Shown: positions 46,283-60,829, counted from the first letter of the stretch. The stretch: 64,000 nt of DNA from Eledone cirrhosa (GCA_964016885.1 OZ024741.1:372806001-372870000), one strand, 5' to 3'. Numbers and translations: made by a program. The notes: a model not told the origin generated them from the letters alone.

Positions 46283-47942
46283 GAGGGTTAGCATGGTTTA
46301 GCAGTATTGGTACTAAGGGTTAGCATGTTTTAGTAGGGTTGGTAGTGAGGGTTGGCAGTGAGGGTTAGCATGGTTTAGTAGGGTTGGAAGTGAGGGTTAT
46401 CATGGTTTAGTAATGTTGCCAATGAGGGTTATCATGGTTTAGTAGGGTTGGAAGTGAGGGTTATCATGGTTTAGTAATGTTGCCAATGAGGGTTATCATG
46501 GTTTAGTAGGGTTGGAAGTGAGGGTTAGCATGGTTTAGTAGGGTTGGAAGTGAGGGTTAGCATGGTTTAGTAGGGTTGGAAGTGAGGGTTAGCATGGTTT
46601 AGTAGGGTTGGAAGTGAGGGTTAGCATGGTTTAGTAGGGTTGGAAGTGAGGGTTAGCATGGTTTAGTAGGGCTGTAAGTGAGGGTTAGCATGGTTTAGTA
46701 GGGTTGGAAGTGAGGGTTAGCATGGTTTAGTAGGGTTGGAAGTGAGGGTTAGCATGGTTTAGTAGGGTTGGAAGTGAGGGTTAGCATGGTTTAGTAGGGT
46801 TGGCAGTGAGGGTTAGCATGGTTTAGTAGGGTTGGAAGTGAGGGTTAGCATGGTTTAGTAGGGTTGGAAGTGAGGGTTAGCATGGTTTAGTAGGGCTGGA
46901 AGTGAGGGTTAGCATGGTTTAGTAGGGTTGGAAGTGAGGGTTAGCATGGTTTAGTAGGGTTGGAAGTGAGGGTTAGCATGGTTTAGTAGGGTTGGAAGTG
47001 AGGGTTAGCATGGTTTAGTAGGGTTGGAAGTGAGGGTTAGCATGGTTTAGTAGGGTTGGAAGTGAGGGTTAGCATGGTTTAGTAGGGCTGGAAGTGAGGG
47101 TTAACATGGTTTAGTAGGGTTGGAAGTGAGGGTTAGCATGGTTTAGTAGGGTTGGAAGTGAGGGTTAGCATGGTTTAGTAGGGTTGGAAGTGAGGGTTAG
47201 CATGGTTTAGTAGGGCTGGAAGTGAGGGTTAGCATGGTTTAGTAGGGCTGGAAGTGAGGGTTAGCATGGTTTAGTAGGGTTGGAAGTGAGGGTTAGCATG
47301 GTTTAGTAGGGTTGGCAGTGAGGGTTAGCATGGTTTAGTAGGGTTGGAAGTGAGGGTTAGCATGGTTTAGTAGGGTTGGAAGTGAGGGTTAGCATGGTTT
47401 AGTAGGGCTGGAAGTGAGGGTTAGCATGGTTTAGTAGGGTTGGAAGTGAGGGTTAGCATGGTTAAGTAGGGTTGGAAGTGAGGGTTAGCATGGTTTAGTA
47501 GGGTTGGAAGTGAGGGTTAGCATGGTTTAGTAGGGTTGGAAGTGAGGGTTAGCATGGTTTAGTAGGGCTGGAAGTGAGGGTTAACATGGTTTAGTAGGGT
47601 TGGAAGTGAGGGTTAGCATGGTTTAGTAGGGTTGGAAGTGAGGGTTAGCATGGTTTAGTAGGGTTGGAAGTGAGGGTTAGCATGGTTTAGTAGGGTTGGA
47701 AATGGGGGTTAGCATGGTTTAGTAGGGTTGGAAGTGAGGGTTAGCAGGGTTTAGTAGGGCTGGAAGTGAGGGTTAGCATGGTTTAGTAGGGCTGGAAGTG
47801 AGGGTTAGCATGGTTTAGTAGGGTTGGAAGTGAGGGTTAGCATGGTTTAGTAGGGTTGGAAGTGAGGGTTAGCATGGTTTAGTAGGGTTGGAAGTGAGGG
47901 TTAGCATGGTTTAGTAGGGTTGGAAGTGAGGGTTAGCATGGC
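46283..47942. repeat. 32-bp G-rich satellite, about 50 copies
   Basis: Unit gagggttagcatggtttagtagggttggaagt. Highly homogeneous, degenerate at the left edge. Confidence 0.97.
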
Positions 47943-50183
47943 TTAATAGTGTCGGTAGGATGAAAGGTGTTGAACATTGAATGTTAATAGCAGCAGTAGT
48001 GATGATGACGTTGTAGACAAATTAATATACAAGACCATATGAACAAATGGTAGCTTTATAGGAGATGAGGATGATTGAGATGGTTGACATTAAGAAGGGC
48101 ATCCAACCACAAAAAACAATCAATCAATAAAGTTCCCATTTGGACAGCCAGTTGTTGGTGTGTCACTCTAGATGTTTGACTGTGTGTCCATCATGGCATT
48201 TTAATGGGCCTTAGAAATGTTTGGCAGAGCCCATCTCATTTCCAAACATCCAGTCCCTTATTAAGTTTAGCCTGCCAGCAAATGCAGTTATCAGGATATG
48301 GCTGAAAAAAAAATCTCCTGGAGCCAAAGGTGAATGTCAGGTGAGACCCAGTGTACCTGTCCACCCCAGGACTACTATAACATTTCACCATAACACTTTA
48401 CTCTATTTCAAAAAGACCATTAACTATGCCAAATATGGAATGCACAAGCTAGACAGCTTGCTCTATCTTGTCTGGTCTTGAACCTTGACAACCCATCCAA
48501 CATATGTCAGCATGTAAAGGTATATAAAGTGATGATGATGATGGTGATGAGGAGGAGGTAGTGGTGGAGGTGGTGGTGGAGGAGAAAGGGGAGAAAGAAT
48601 AGGAATAGGTGGAGGAGGAGTAGGGGCGAGAAGGAAGAGTAGTAGTACTAGTGGTAGTAGTGGTGGTGGTGGTGATGGTGGTGGTGGTGGTAGTAGTAGT
48701 AGTAGTAGTAAGAGGAAGAGGATTTCAGCTTCATAATTTTTAATTATCTTAAATGAAACACCATTAGCTGTTTCATAAAGGTTACTGCTTTCTTCTACTG
48801 GATCAAGACTAAGATTATGATCAGTCAGTGTACTTGGAGAAAAGTATTCAGAAGCAATTTGTTCAATTGACACTAACTGAGCTTCTTTTATCTTCACAAT
48901 AAATCCAGTTTGTGTTTCTGCCATCACGAATCATATATCGTGCATCATTGAGAAATTTCATTGTATTAGATTTGTAACGAACCATTTGTATCCAACTTCA
49001 TACAAAAAAAAAAAGAAAAAAAAAAAAAAAGCCAAACAAACAAGAACAACGAGGCATTTACTACTTTTATTAACTGTCTGTCTAGTAATTTCTCTGTTGA
49101 GGATAATTTGCATGCACTAGATGAACTATAATGGTTGAAAGTAACCTTTAACAAATATTTATTAAAAGTTTTAATTAATGAACTCCAACTTACTGCAGCA
49201 TCAGTAGATTTTAGACTGTAGATAATGCTTTCAATTATAACCAAATCAGTTTAAAGTTAAAAAAGTTGAAGTCTATTCCAGGCTCAGAGATCCATCAGAC
49301 CAAAGTTTATCCTGATTTCCATTGCAGAGTTAACACCCTCCACCCCAGCTTATGTCAGTGCTAATTTCTTTCTTTTTATTTTGTCTTTTTTTAAGTTGAA
49401 TAAACTGGAGGATTGTGAAATGAAGAGTCTTGTTTAAGGACACAACCTACTGCTCCGAGAATCAAAACCCTACATTTGTGAGCCTATCCTATCCACTAAG
49501 CTTTATGCTTTCTATCCATAGTTCCATTCTCATTGTGGGTTGTACCATATCAGGGTCTGCTAACCAGCCTAATCAGTGAAAAAATAAATAAAAATCAAAA
49601 TGAAATTTACAGCTCACATCTTTGCAGCTTGAGATGGCCTCCTATAAGATTATTTCTCATTTTTAGCTGAGTATACTGGAGCAATGTGAAACGAAATGTT
49701 TTGCTCAAGAATACAACCCAGTCCAGGAATTGAAACCATGATATTATGATCTTAAGTCCAACACTCTTACCACTAGGCCAGGCCCTTCCACATTCAATAT
49801 TGCTCCAATTTTTTAGAAAGCTATCAAGAAGCATATGACTAACATATATTATAGGCTCACCGACCTCATACTACCATATAAGTTTTATGCTCAATATTGC
49901 TCCAATTTTTCAAAAAACTGTTTTAGTATGACTAATATATATTATGTGAAGTCACGTTGCTTAGTGGTTAGGGAGTTGGATTCACAATTGTGATGTTGTG
50001 AGTTCTTTTCTCACACTCTCTATCCTTCTCTGGAAGAAATCTACTGAACTCAGGCCTGGAGAAGGGATGGGCTCTGTCAGGTTTTAAAAGATTGCCCAAG
50101 AAACACTGTATGTCAATATGGCACCCCAATGACTCCATCAAGAGTTACAGGTCCATACAATTAACCTGTGTATATATTTTAAA

Positions 50184-51182
50184 TTTCATTTTACTTTGTT
50201 TCTAATTAGTTACCACTAATATAATGTTATAACACTAAACTTTCAGTACCCCTTCAGTTAAAAGTAATGTTTGTTAGTATATTTAGTTCCAGTAAAGGCT
50301 TATTGTTAATGCTCCTCCCCTACAAATAAATAAATAAATACCTTCCTTTTTGCCCCAAGAATTGGTTCAATCATGTCTGAAAAATTTAGTTTTAAACTAG
50401 CAATAACTGTTTATGAACTTCCAAAATATCTCAATTTCTTCTTTTAATTAAGAAGCATGCTAGATCTTGTTTATTTGTCTATATGATTGTTTGATCCCAT
50501 CTATTGAAATATTCCTTCCTAGAAACATCTATGAAAGAAGATGCATGATTAATTCCTTCATATGGATTAATTGATACATTTGGCTCCTTTCAGTCTATCA
50601 ATAATTGTATTTTCTTGGTTCTTCAAATTATTTTCAGCTGTTGCAAAAATGAACATGTCATCCTGATACCTAATTATATCATTAATTCCCATACAGTGTT
50701 GAAAAATTGAACAGTTATTTTTAAAACCTATCTGGAGTCTACTGAGTAAACAAAGGCATTGTTTATATTTATCACACACAATCTCCCAGAGTCATCATTC
50801 CAGTGTGTATTCTTTAAATTGACTAAGGAAAAAGTGCTTCTTGCTTATCTGTGAACAAAGTTTCAAGACCAGAAGGCAGATGAGACAAAGTTTGAATTCT
50901 GTTGTGAAAATATTCTTTGTAATTAGAACATATTCTTAACTTAACAACTGACTTTCACACCCAAATACTAGGTGGTGCATTGTTGACACTTTCATACAGA
51001 TATAAAATTATAATATTTCATTGCTTTAAGATTGGGAAATTCATTTTCAACTTCCTTTTTCTTTAGTTGTATTGTAACTGAACATACTGAACAAACATTA
51101 CATTTAACCTGAACAAGTACTGAAAGTTTAGTGTTATAACATTTTACTGGTGGTAACTAGTTAGAAATATAGTAACATGATA
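50184..51182 (-). mobile_element. Gypsy/Ty3-type RT relic (~50350-51065, minus) enclosed by ~110-bp inverted repeats
   Basis: Decayed motifs KEVENEF, KLRICSNYK, RLQIGFKNNCSIFQ and IIRYQDDMFI. The arms 50184-50295 and 51068-51182 are reverse complements. Confidence 0.75.
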
Positions 51183-54100
51183 TATCTTTCAGGATGTCGA
51201 CACTGATTAATTCAATGTGATAAAGGCTATTAACCACAACAAAGCTGAAGTGCTGTTTCTTATCTCGAAAGTTAAGCAAAGCTGATGTAATGTTAACTAT
51301 ATTAATAAGAAGTGAAATGTCTATCAGTAGATTTGTTGATTAATGATAACTTTGTTAAGAGCCAAGCATTTGAACTGGGCAGCCATTCAATTTACAATTA
51401 ACCTAGTGTAAATTATCTTGTGTTGCACAATAAACATTCAAAGGTAATTCTTCATCATCAAACAGTTCAATATTAGTGATATTGACAGACTTGATAAAAT
51501 ACAGTAGTTGTAGTTATAACCAACAGAATAGCTGAAATGGTTCAATTATCAGAATTAAAGCTTTCAGACCAACATGCAGGATAAGAGCTAGAAGGATAAG
51601 ATTATAGCAGCAATTTTTAACTTGGCTTTGCTTAGTCAATTGTTTATTAAACTTAATGAGAGTCTTTATTAACCTCATTTGCTTACTGAGTTGGGTGAAA
51701 CTTGTCAAATCGGAACAAGGAAACAATGTTTCCATTGGTCTTTCCATTGATGATACTATCTACAATTCACAACTCTGCCAGGAATCTTTATTAGTAACAT
51801 AACAAACTTCTGTATTAAAACTTGGTTGCACTACTAAGCCGTAAGGATGAAAGGCAAAGCTAACCTTAACAGAGTCCTCAAACACTCCTTCCAGCAGGTC
51901 CTGTCAAAATCAACTGTCTCCAATTGATCCTGCTGGATCCCCAAGCAAGACCAGTCAAGCTCATGGATGTTATCCAACCATCTTGCTCGGGGTCTACCCT
52001 TGAGGCTCCTGTCCATTGGTTTTGCCAGTAAAATCTATCCAGCGATTCTTTTCTGAGACATTCTAACTACATGCCCATAGTATTGGATCTGTGATCTCTC
52101 AATTCGGAGAAGTAGCTGCTCTACCTGGAGTGACTCTGATCTTCGAGCTATGCACTCAATTGAGTAATGTTACTCCAAAGTTTATAATAATTAAAAACAC
52201 TTACAATAGTAAGTAATTAGTTTAGCCAAGTAAGTTGAGGGTATGAGAAATAGAGTAGATAATCCATTATCAAAAATGATTTCAAATCTTCAAATATTTT
52301 CTATAACTGTATACCAGAGTTCAACAGTGTTACTGAAGAGGCACACACTAAAACTGTCCTGCAGATGGAAATGTAAGCACACACACACACAATATTCCGT
52401 CTTTTACTGCACATGTGTATATGTTAATAATGTGTTCAACTTTAGGAACAAATACAATAATTTGAGGGCAGGGGAAAAGTTGATTTGACACAGTACTTGA
52501 CTGGTACTTTATTTTATTGACCCCAGAAAGATGAAAGGCAATGTTGACCTCAGAAACATAAAGAGCCAGAAGAAATGCCTCAAAGTATTTTGCCTGATGC
52601 TCTACCGATACTGCCATTCCACTGCACATGGGTATATGTTGTTAATGATTTCTTATTTAGGCACAAGGCCAACAATTTTGGAGAGGAGAAAGTCAATTAA
52701 ATTGTTCCCAGTGCATTACTGGTATTTCATTTTTTCGAGCCCCATAAGGATGAAAGGCAAAGCTAACCTCAGCAGGATTTCAACTTAGAATGTAAAGGGT
52801 CGTAACTATATGCTACAAATCATGATGTCTGATGCTCTACTGATACTGGCAATCCACTGTACATGTGTATATGTTAATGATAGAAGATTGTTGGGTGAAG
52901 AAGTGCCAGAAGTTCCTAGTAGAAACAGTTGAGGAAGGGAAAGACTGAGGAAGACTTGGACAAAAGGGGTGAAAGCTGAACTCATGATACTAAATCTCAC
53001 AGAGGCGATGACAAAAGAAAATGACAAGTGGAGGGAGACTGCAGTAGAGGAACACCAAGGAAAACATGGGTGAAGGTATGGGAGTGGATCTCAAATTTTT
53101 GAAACTCACAGAGGAGATGGCAAAAGAAAGTGACAAGTAGAGGGATGCCATGCTTAGAGAGGACTCATCCATGGAATAAAAACATAAAACAGATGGAAAA
53201 CTGACATAAAATGGATGTAAACCTGATGATAAGAACAGAGAGAAACCTGATAAGAACAGAGAGAAATATAAGCAGTTACTTAGAATACTATAAATATAAT
53301 AGTGTGGTCACCATGTCAGATAATCAGAGATTATATAGTATATAGATTAAATACTCTCAGAATATACTGGCATCTCTATAGAGGAAAATAGAGAAAAATA
53401 TAACATATTTTTCGATTTGTTTCATTTTCATTTCATTATGAGATATGTTCATTTTATATAAATACGTAATAAATTTTATATGTTATCATATACACCTCTA
53501 TTATGCTAAACACCATCTTAGTGCTACTGCTAAATAAATATGACCAACCAAGCTTCCCCTCTATGCAAATGACCACTTCCAGCCAATGTTTTCTATTTGC
53601 TATATACAAATGAGCATCTCCAGTAGGTGATCATCATGCAAAATACTATATAGATTATAATCTATTCCATGCCAGTATGTTCTGAGTGAGTGTTACTAAT
53701 GAAAGAATGACAAATCACGAAACAACGGTGTCTGATACTCTCAGAATATACTGGAAGCTCTGATATATTCATGGAAAAAGAAAGAGAAAAATATAATTTT
53801 TTCCGTTTTGTTTTGCTTTCGTTTCATCACAAAAAAATATTTTTCTTTGGCAGCGAGGCTACCCATATGTTTATTGTATATAAATGTATTATATATGTTT
53901 ATATATGTATTCATATACACCTGTAGATAGTATAGTCTGTAGTGAGTTACAAGGTTATAGCTACGTGTTGTTCATAAGTAGAGAATATGTAATGATGTGA
54001 AACTTTCTTTTTACTATGAATAGCAATTGTTTGTTGGTGTTGATGAAGTAACTAGGTTACTACATCTAAACTGGTGGCTGTTTTTCAAATCTCTATTTTT

Positions 54101-54958
54101 ACATGTACTGCAATCTATCTTCAGGTTTGAGCAAGACAAGACACTCTAGCTTGTCTAGTCTCAGACCATGTCAACTTGTTCAACCCATATCTGGGTAGTA
54201 TGGAAAGTGTATATAAAATGATGATGATGGTAGTGGTGGTGATGGTGATGGTGATGATGATGATGATTATGATGATGATGATATATACCTAGACATTTTT
54301 AAAGGGACTATCCCAGCACTTAGATTTAGTGTAAATGCCAACTGGCCCACAAAGGATTATTTTGGCAAGTGTTCATTGCCTCTACACAATACACATGTTT
54401 CTCCATAGTAGATGGTAGACGTATACAAACATCATAGGCCACATAGGTCTTTATTTTGATGTTTCTGGACAGACTATAATCATCCAATAACTATTTTACT
54501 TATATGAATATTTATTTCTACATCGTAGAGCAGAAATATTTATTGTTGAGTGAATACTGATTTAACTCAATTAGCAAGGAATGCAACTATATAATCTATC
54601 AACTGCAGAGAAAGTGCAATGAACAGTGGAGCAAATATGATTTGTGGCATTCATTGACCTTTTTAAAAGGTCAGTTTTATGGTAAAGTCTTGTATTCTCA
54701 TGTGGCCTGGCAATATTCTAGTTTCAATTCATTATAGCAAGTGTTTTTAGCTATATGACATCATGATTTGTTGTGGCCCACCAGGCATCCCACTTTATAA
54801 TGTACAAATTAATGTTTAGTTAAACACATTATTTGAAAGCCTGTTAACCAGTTTGTTGTTGAATTGCCCATTCAAAGAACACTAGAAGTGAACATCTATA
54901 AAACATGTTGGTGTGTACTGTGATTTATAATATACTAGAATTATTTCAACACGCTGAT

Positions 54959-55300
54959 GGAGGCACATGGCTTAGTGGTTAGAGCATTGGCCTTGCAATC
55001 GAAAGGTTGTGAGTTCAATTCTCAGACCGGGTGATATGTTGTTTCCTTGAGCAAGACACTTTATTTCACATTGCTCCAGTTTACTCAGCTGTAGAAATGA
55101 GATAATAGGGACTGGGGTCCATATCATTCCACTGTAAAGTGGTCGTGGAGGTGCCACGGCAAAAAAGCACCCAGCACTCACTGTAAATGAGGTTGGTGTT
55201 AGGAAGGGCATCCAGCTGTAGAAATCAAGTCAGAATCAGTTCCCGTCCCACTCTTGCAAGCAGGGAAAAACAGACGTAAAATGAAATGATGATGATGATG
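54959..55300 (+). mobile_element. Full-length SINE family A: tRNA head, CORE-like middle, RTE 3' tail and (GAT)n
   Basis: A-box tggcttagtgg, B-box gagttcaattc, core ccttgagcaagacactt. The tail cactgtaaatgaggttggtgttaggaagggcatccagctgtagaaatcaag is the same as the RTE 3' UTR at 3756-3806. Confidence 0.92.
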
Positions 55301-58300
55301 CATATGTGTATATGTGTGTATATGCATATGCATATGTTTATATGTATGAGTATATAAATATAAACACGCAAACACAGACACACTTACAAAAATACACACT
55401 CACAATATACATTCACAAAAATACACATACGTTCACATACATTCACACTAACACACACACATATACATTTACACATAGATTGATTACATTGACCTCAGTT
55501 CTTGATTGCTACTTTATTTTATCAATCCCAGGAAGATGAAAGGCAAAGCTGACCTCAGTAGGATTTGAACTCATAATGTAAAGTGCCAGAACAAAGGCCA
55601 CAAAGTATTTTGTCCGATGTTCCAATGATTCTGCCAACCCGCCACGATGTTATATACTAATAATATAAATATTATATATAGGCTAAGGTAACCATTTGAA
55701 TAGTAAAACAGAATCTTAGAGAATAAACCCAATAGTATATAGAATTCAAACACTCATAATTCCACTATAATTCTTATTAACAATCTTTTAGTTAATGAAG
55801 TTAACAGCAAACTTCATGTTAACCTCTTCATTATTATATTTCTTATGAAAGACACTGCTTATGACTTGCAAATAATTTTTTAAATAATCAAGAATAATCA
55901 ATAATTTTTTAAATAATCAAGAATTCATTATTAAGTTGGTGTTTGAATCATAACCTAACAGAAGTTCTCACATACAATTATGATTGAGTAGAGACATTTT
56001 AAAAGAAACAGTTTTGTATCATAGAACCAGAAAACCTGATGTCGTTTCAAGTAGTTCGGTATCAAAAGGGTTAATAGTTGAAGCAGTGAAATATATTTGT
56101 TTCCCAATTAATAACTTAGACCTTAATAATATTTCCAACAAAAATAAAACATAATATAATCCATTACAAAACTAAAAACGAAAAAGAATATTCACTCACT
56201 CAATTACCAAAAACTTTAAAATTCATCTTGAAAAATTAAATGAAAACTGCCTCTCTTTCTATGAAAGAAAACCACCCATTTTACAGGTTCTTATTTAGAT
56301 CAAAATTTTACATTATTTAATATAAGAGCCAGGGCCTATGAAAAGAGGGTCCAGCTGGTACTTCTTAGCCCAAGAGCTAAGAAGGCCCCACAGCAACCAT
56401 GCAACATCTATTTTCAGAAAAATCTTTGCCTGCGTCAGGCCTCAAAAGGGGTCTTATACCTCCTTGCAAAATTTCTCTTGGAGCCCTGATAAGAGTCATT
56501 TGTTACAACTATTATTTTAATAATGAAATAATTAATAATTTCAATATTGAAATACAGTGAGTGTATTTCATAAGAAATATGGTAATGAAAAGTTAACCCT
56601 TCTGATACCAACCCATTTAAAACTGCTTCTGTTTCTATGAAACACATCCACCTATTTTAAAGGGTTCCTACTTAAATTTACAACATAATTTTATATAAGA
56701 GCCATATGCTACCATATGCTATGTTACAAATACCATCTTAATGAAATTATAATATTAGTAAATCCTTCCCAAACTCTTTATTAATGAATGAATAAATCAA
56801 TCGAAACAAAGTATTTCATAAAAAAAGAAAGGAATAATCATTTAAAAAAATCTAGGACTTGGTGACATGCAGCTGTGTCCATAACATATTTGTTCTGGAA
56901 CTCTATACTCTGAGTTCATATCTCACTGAGGTTTTTTTTCAGGGCCTATAAAGAAAGTACTAGCCTAATACTGGTGTAGCTCTCACCCAGCAATTGCATT
57001 TAGATAGTCTGTTGGAAGGTAAGTTAGATGGATGTCACACATTTCTTCTTCACCCCACACTTTCACTCACTCGATTTCTCTTGTACTTCTTTGATTCTTA
57101 CTTTATTTGAACATCAGAATTAATACACAAAGCAAGTTGATAACATTGTTTATAAGCTGGCATGTAATAAATGCATTAGCAAAACAGACACAAGAAATAA
57201 TTGTTTCTACTTTTGGCACAAGGCCAGCAATTAACCAGTGCATTACTGGTACTTTATTTTATCAACCCCGTAAGGATGAAAGGCAAAGTTAACCTCAATG
57301 GGATTTGAACTCAGATCGTAAAGGGATGTAACTATGCAAAATAAACTATGGAAAGTTAACCTTGGCAGGATTTGAACTCAGAGCATAAAGGGCTATAACT
57401 CTATGCCGCAAAGCATATTGTCTGATGCTCTACCGATACCGTCAATCCACTGCCCTAATAATAATGATAACATTATTTAAATAAATTATTCATTAACTAC
57501 TAAAATATTAATATTAATTGATATCAGACATTAGAGCAAATGTACTGTTGGATCAAGTGAGTGAGGATCATGAGGGTGTCTTGCTCATGACAACATGGAT
57601 ACCTAAAACCTTTTAGCAAAAGCATGATATATACTATCAATTTATGCTATATTTATGATGAACAAGAGTTATTTTTTATTTCTGTAAAAATTCATAATTA
57701 TATATTTTAAATTTATTTCAAGGTAATTATTTTTATATCCTTTAAAATATGTTTATTCTGTAGCTGTTGTAAAAAATCTTTTAGAAAATCGAAAAGAATT
57801 TAAGTTAAAGGCTTTATCTCACATAATATGGAATCTATGATTTTGATATTATTTATTTTGAGAACAATACCTTAACATAAGTATGAGTGACCAGTTGCAC
57901 CTGGTTTGAACAGAGAGAGATGAGAGAATACTGGCAGGATACAGCCGGTTTAAATGCTAAAGGGTTAATATCAACCCACCCGAAACTGCCCTTAGTTCTA
58001 CAATACAAAACTGTATATTTTAAAGTGTTTATATTTATCATAATTCTATGTAAGAACCTTTTAAAAGTTTTTTCTGTTCTTCCCTATAAAATCATATATT
58101 AACCAATGTAAAGTAGACGCACATATTGAACAGTATCTCAGAAATACAAAATACACTATTGAAGGGAACAGAAAAGGAAGAAATGAAAAAAAGGATCAAG
58201 AAAGGAAAGAAAGGGGGAGAGGGAGGGGGCAGTCACTATATTCCAGTATGAGTTGTGTCTACAGAAAAAACAGCAAAAGCTGTACAGCAAAGAATGGCCA

Positions 58301-60829
58301 GAAACACCCACTGCAACAGCCACCCCACTGCATGGGACTCTCTCCTCAAGCAGGCTACTCACTTTATTATGGCTTTACAGAAGAAATTAACAGTGCGGAG
58401 ACCAAGGATGTATCCCTCCAAATTCTTGATTATTTTCAAAATCATAACCAGTGTCTTTTATTAGAAATAGGATAATAAAAGTTTAGACGTATTTGGCACA
58501 TTGTTTACAATATATCCCAAGGAATTATGATGAAGTTAGCATATGCTATCTTTGGTTTGAAAGCACTGAAAAAATGGTTCCACTGTTTACTTGCTGTCTG
58601 CTACTAACTCGAGATGGGGAGAGGTTGGATGTTGCTTGTGAAATCAGAAGGGAGGGAAATAAGTTCATTTAAAAAATAAACAATATTATCATATTTATCA
58701 TAGAGAGAATGGATTTTACAAACAAAATGCAGGCAGTTGAACAGTTTACATAGCAAAAAGTCAGTGACCTGATCTATATTTATCAATTGCATTCTGCATG
58801 CACCGACATGTCTGTACAATGCTACTGGTTGGCTGATAAGGCAAAAAAGTGGGATGTAAAATTCTAGATTTACAAGTTAAAACATATGTCCAAGAAGATA
58901 TTGGAGAAGTATCAACCATTTCAAAATTTCAAATCAAATAAGAAACATTTAAAATCCTTTTCATACTAAAAAGAGTCCAAAACCACCTGGGATTTATGAT
59001 GCAAAACTGTTTATTTTAAAATGTTTTAACAGAGTAAAACCTTCCATCATAATTTTTTTTGTTATGTAATGTTCTTAATGTCAGTTTACTAATAAAATAA
59101 TTATTTGATTAAATTCTTCCAAATATTTTATTATTTTCAAAATTAATTGAAAAGCATAGGCAGCATATTTCATTAGAAATGCACTAGTGAAAGAGTCATG
59201 CAGTCTGTTTTTGCCAGCTAGATTTAGAGTGCTCAATACTGTTGACTAACTGCTTTGCCAGCTACACTCTACATACTGTCTACTGGGGCCCCCATTTGCT
59301 CATAATAGTGAGAGATGGGGAGAGCGGGAGAGATGGATGCAGTGACAGTGAGAGCTTGGTTCCTTTGTATTCGGACCTGTTGTATATGTAGATGTTTCAC
59401 GGACATTACCTATGATTGACGAAGTGAGGAAAGCACTCTAGTGTTTATTGTTCTACATACTTACAGTGCTTAAATCCTGTTGACTGCCTGTTACACTTGA
59501 GAGAAGCTTTTTACAACAGGATTTCCCAAACTTTTAAAACCATCAACCCCTTCATGGAATCCAGACCCACTTCATTAACCTAAGACAAAAAATTAAGTAA
59601 GCAATGTATAGACAATAAATCAGAAACCTATATAAATAAGTTGTATTTTATTGTATTTATGTATTTTAATTTCTTATATGAATGTTAGGTTTTGGCTTAA
59701 AAGTACACCCCACAACACTTTGGATACTCTGCCGTACATTGACACCATCCTTGATATATGGAAAGATGTGGTGGTCATGGCTGGAATATTTTTAGCTGAC
59801 CTGGGGCTGGACAGCGTGATTTCTTTTCCTCCTATCCTCAAACACACTCAGCCTTGAACCTTCAAATGATCTTGACACCAATCCCATAAATAACTCTCAC
59901 ACCACTGTTTTAACCTGCACTAACATTCCAGTTTCACATCACTAACAATGTCAACTGAATTACTTGTAAGTTTTTTCTATGTAGTAGTATATACTAGTGA
60001 AACAAGATGATCTTTAGATAATCCCTTTTAGGAACATCTTTTGATGCCCATAACAATATACATGCATGGTCTCGTAACTCCCGAGAGAGTCATATAGGCA
60101 CCATATTGACATACAGTGTTTCTAGGACATTTTTAAACCTGGCGGAGGCCATCCCTCTCCAAGTCTGAGTACAGCAGATTACTTACAAAGAAGGATAGAA
60201 AGTGAGAGAAAGGAAACAAGAAAGAGATATAGAGAAAGATTCAACCTAGTACTAGACTGCTACTTTTTTATCGACCTTGAATGGATGAAAGGAAAAGTTG
60301 ACCTCTGCATGATTTGAACTCAGAGAGCAGAGAGTTGAAAAAAATACTGCAAAGCATTCTATGTGATGTTCTCACAACTCTGCTAATTTGCCACCTACCA
60401 TAACAACATACAGGGTTCTCCAATATTTTAGACCATCAATTCTTTCATGAAATCCTTGACCTCATATCCACCCCAGACATATACATAAATATATATGTAA
60501 ATTGATATTCATTTACATATATATAAATTCGAAACCTGTATAAGCAAGTTGTATTATATTGTATTATTTTATATATTTCTTTTTCTTACATAAATGTCAG
60601 TTCAAATGACGTCTGTGGATAGTCTCCTTGACTACCTTGGGAATTCCTGTCCTAAATCCATGACCCAGCTCTTTATTGTATTAAACCAGTTATTGGTTCA
60701 TGATGTCACATATATGTTGTGTCAAATTACACTCAGAATTATAAGGAGGAATATGTTATTATCATTCTTGGTATCTTCACTTCTTTCCATTTGAATAACC
60801 TTGAGTTTTGGTTTGGTCACTCTTCAACA

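Noticed and set aside
48463-48927. 154-aa minus-strand ORF starting MAETQTGFIVKIKE in unique sequence
   Set aside because: No recognisable motif or convincing donor site, and it runs into a trinucleotide-repeat tract. It cannot be supported, though an alternative first exon is not excluded.
54959-55035. tRNA-like sequences with A and B boxes
   Set aside because: They are SINE heads continuing into core and LINE-derived tails. No complete cloverleaf with acceptor stem and terminator was seen.
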